Of a DNA stretch of 64,000 nucleotides, positions 63,667-64,000 are shown in pieces. The stretch spans positions 7,998,001 to 8,062,000 of the forward strand of contig JBHGNT010000015.1 in NCBI GenBank assembly GCA_043228905.1, written 5' to 3'. This DNA comes from Azolla caroliniana. Its lineage: Eukaryota > Plantae > Polypodiophyta. The position numbers and the translations under genes are program-made. Each line of letters opens with the position of its first letter. Positions within the stretch are counted from its first letter, which is position 1. The notes beneath the pieces were generated by a model that saw only the letters and a list, made by a program, of their open reading frames with translations, was not told where the DNA came from and made no database searches.

Positions 63667-64000
63667 GAAAGGCATTAGACTGTCATTATCATTAAAAAAA
63701 GAAGAGTCTTACAGCCAGAGCAGCAGTAGCTATATGGTTTGGTTTGGAATTAGGGAATTGCTAGGTACAATTTTTGTGAGGTGGAGAAAATGAAAAAAAT
63801 TGTCTAATCTTTTATTTTTTAATCTAATGAGTTACCCTTCTATAATTATTCGAAGCAGACAGATGTGAATGTATGCCTATTTATCTATAGGCTGGATAGA
63901 TGAATGTAGATGCTTCATGCAATGTTACTGTTTTGATGCAATGTTGGTTATTTGTTTGACTAGATAGGTAAAGGTGCTGCGATAATGTGATGACAAGCTT

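Overview
Eukaryotic land-plant genomic DNA, probably a fern or another seed-free vascular plant (inferred from the transposon complement and the 5S-like sequence, not proven). It holds three intron-rich host genes: YAK1/DYRK kinase (+, 5700-12824, with one U12-type and one GC-AG intron), U2AF35 (-, 16842-18726) and eIF2-gamma (+, 58497-63666). A ~39-kb transposon block lies between U2AF35 and eIF2-gamma. The block contains Ty1/copia relics, a hAT-type MITE, RTE/RTEX-like LINE fragments, a Cassandra-type 5S-bearing LTR and a four-level nest of Ty3/gypsy elements with intact or near-intact TSDs. Most notable observation: the youngest, Athila-like gypsy element (38182-47450) has no polypurine tract before its 3' LTR. 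In that position is a sense copy of a tRNA-Arg 3' end (an inverted second PBS), and the same motif recurs before the 3' LTR of two diverged relatives in the window, suggesting tRNA-primed plus-strand synthesis. The same element also carries an internally captured U5+PBS fragment that ends in an 18-nt copy of the primer tRNA. All calls were made by eye, and tRNA identities come from remembered plant tRNA sequences and need database confirmation.
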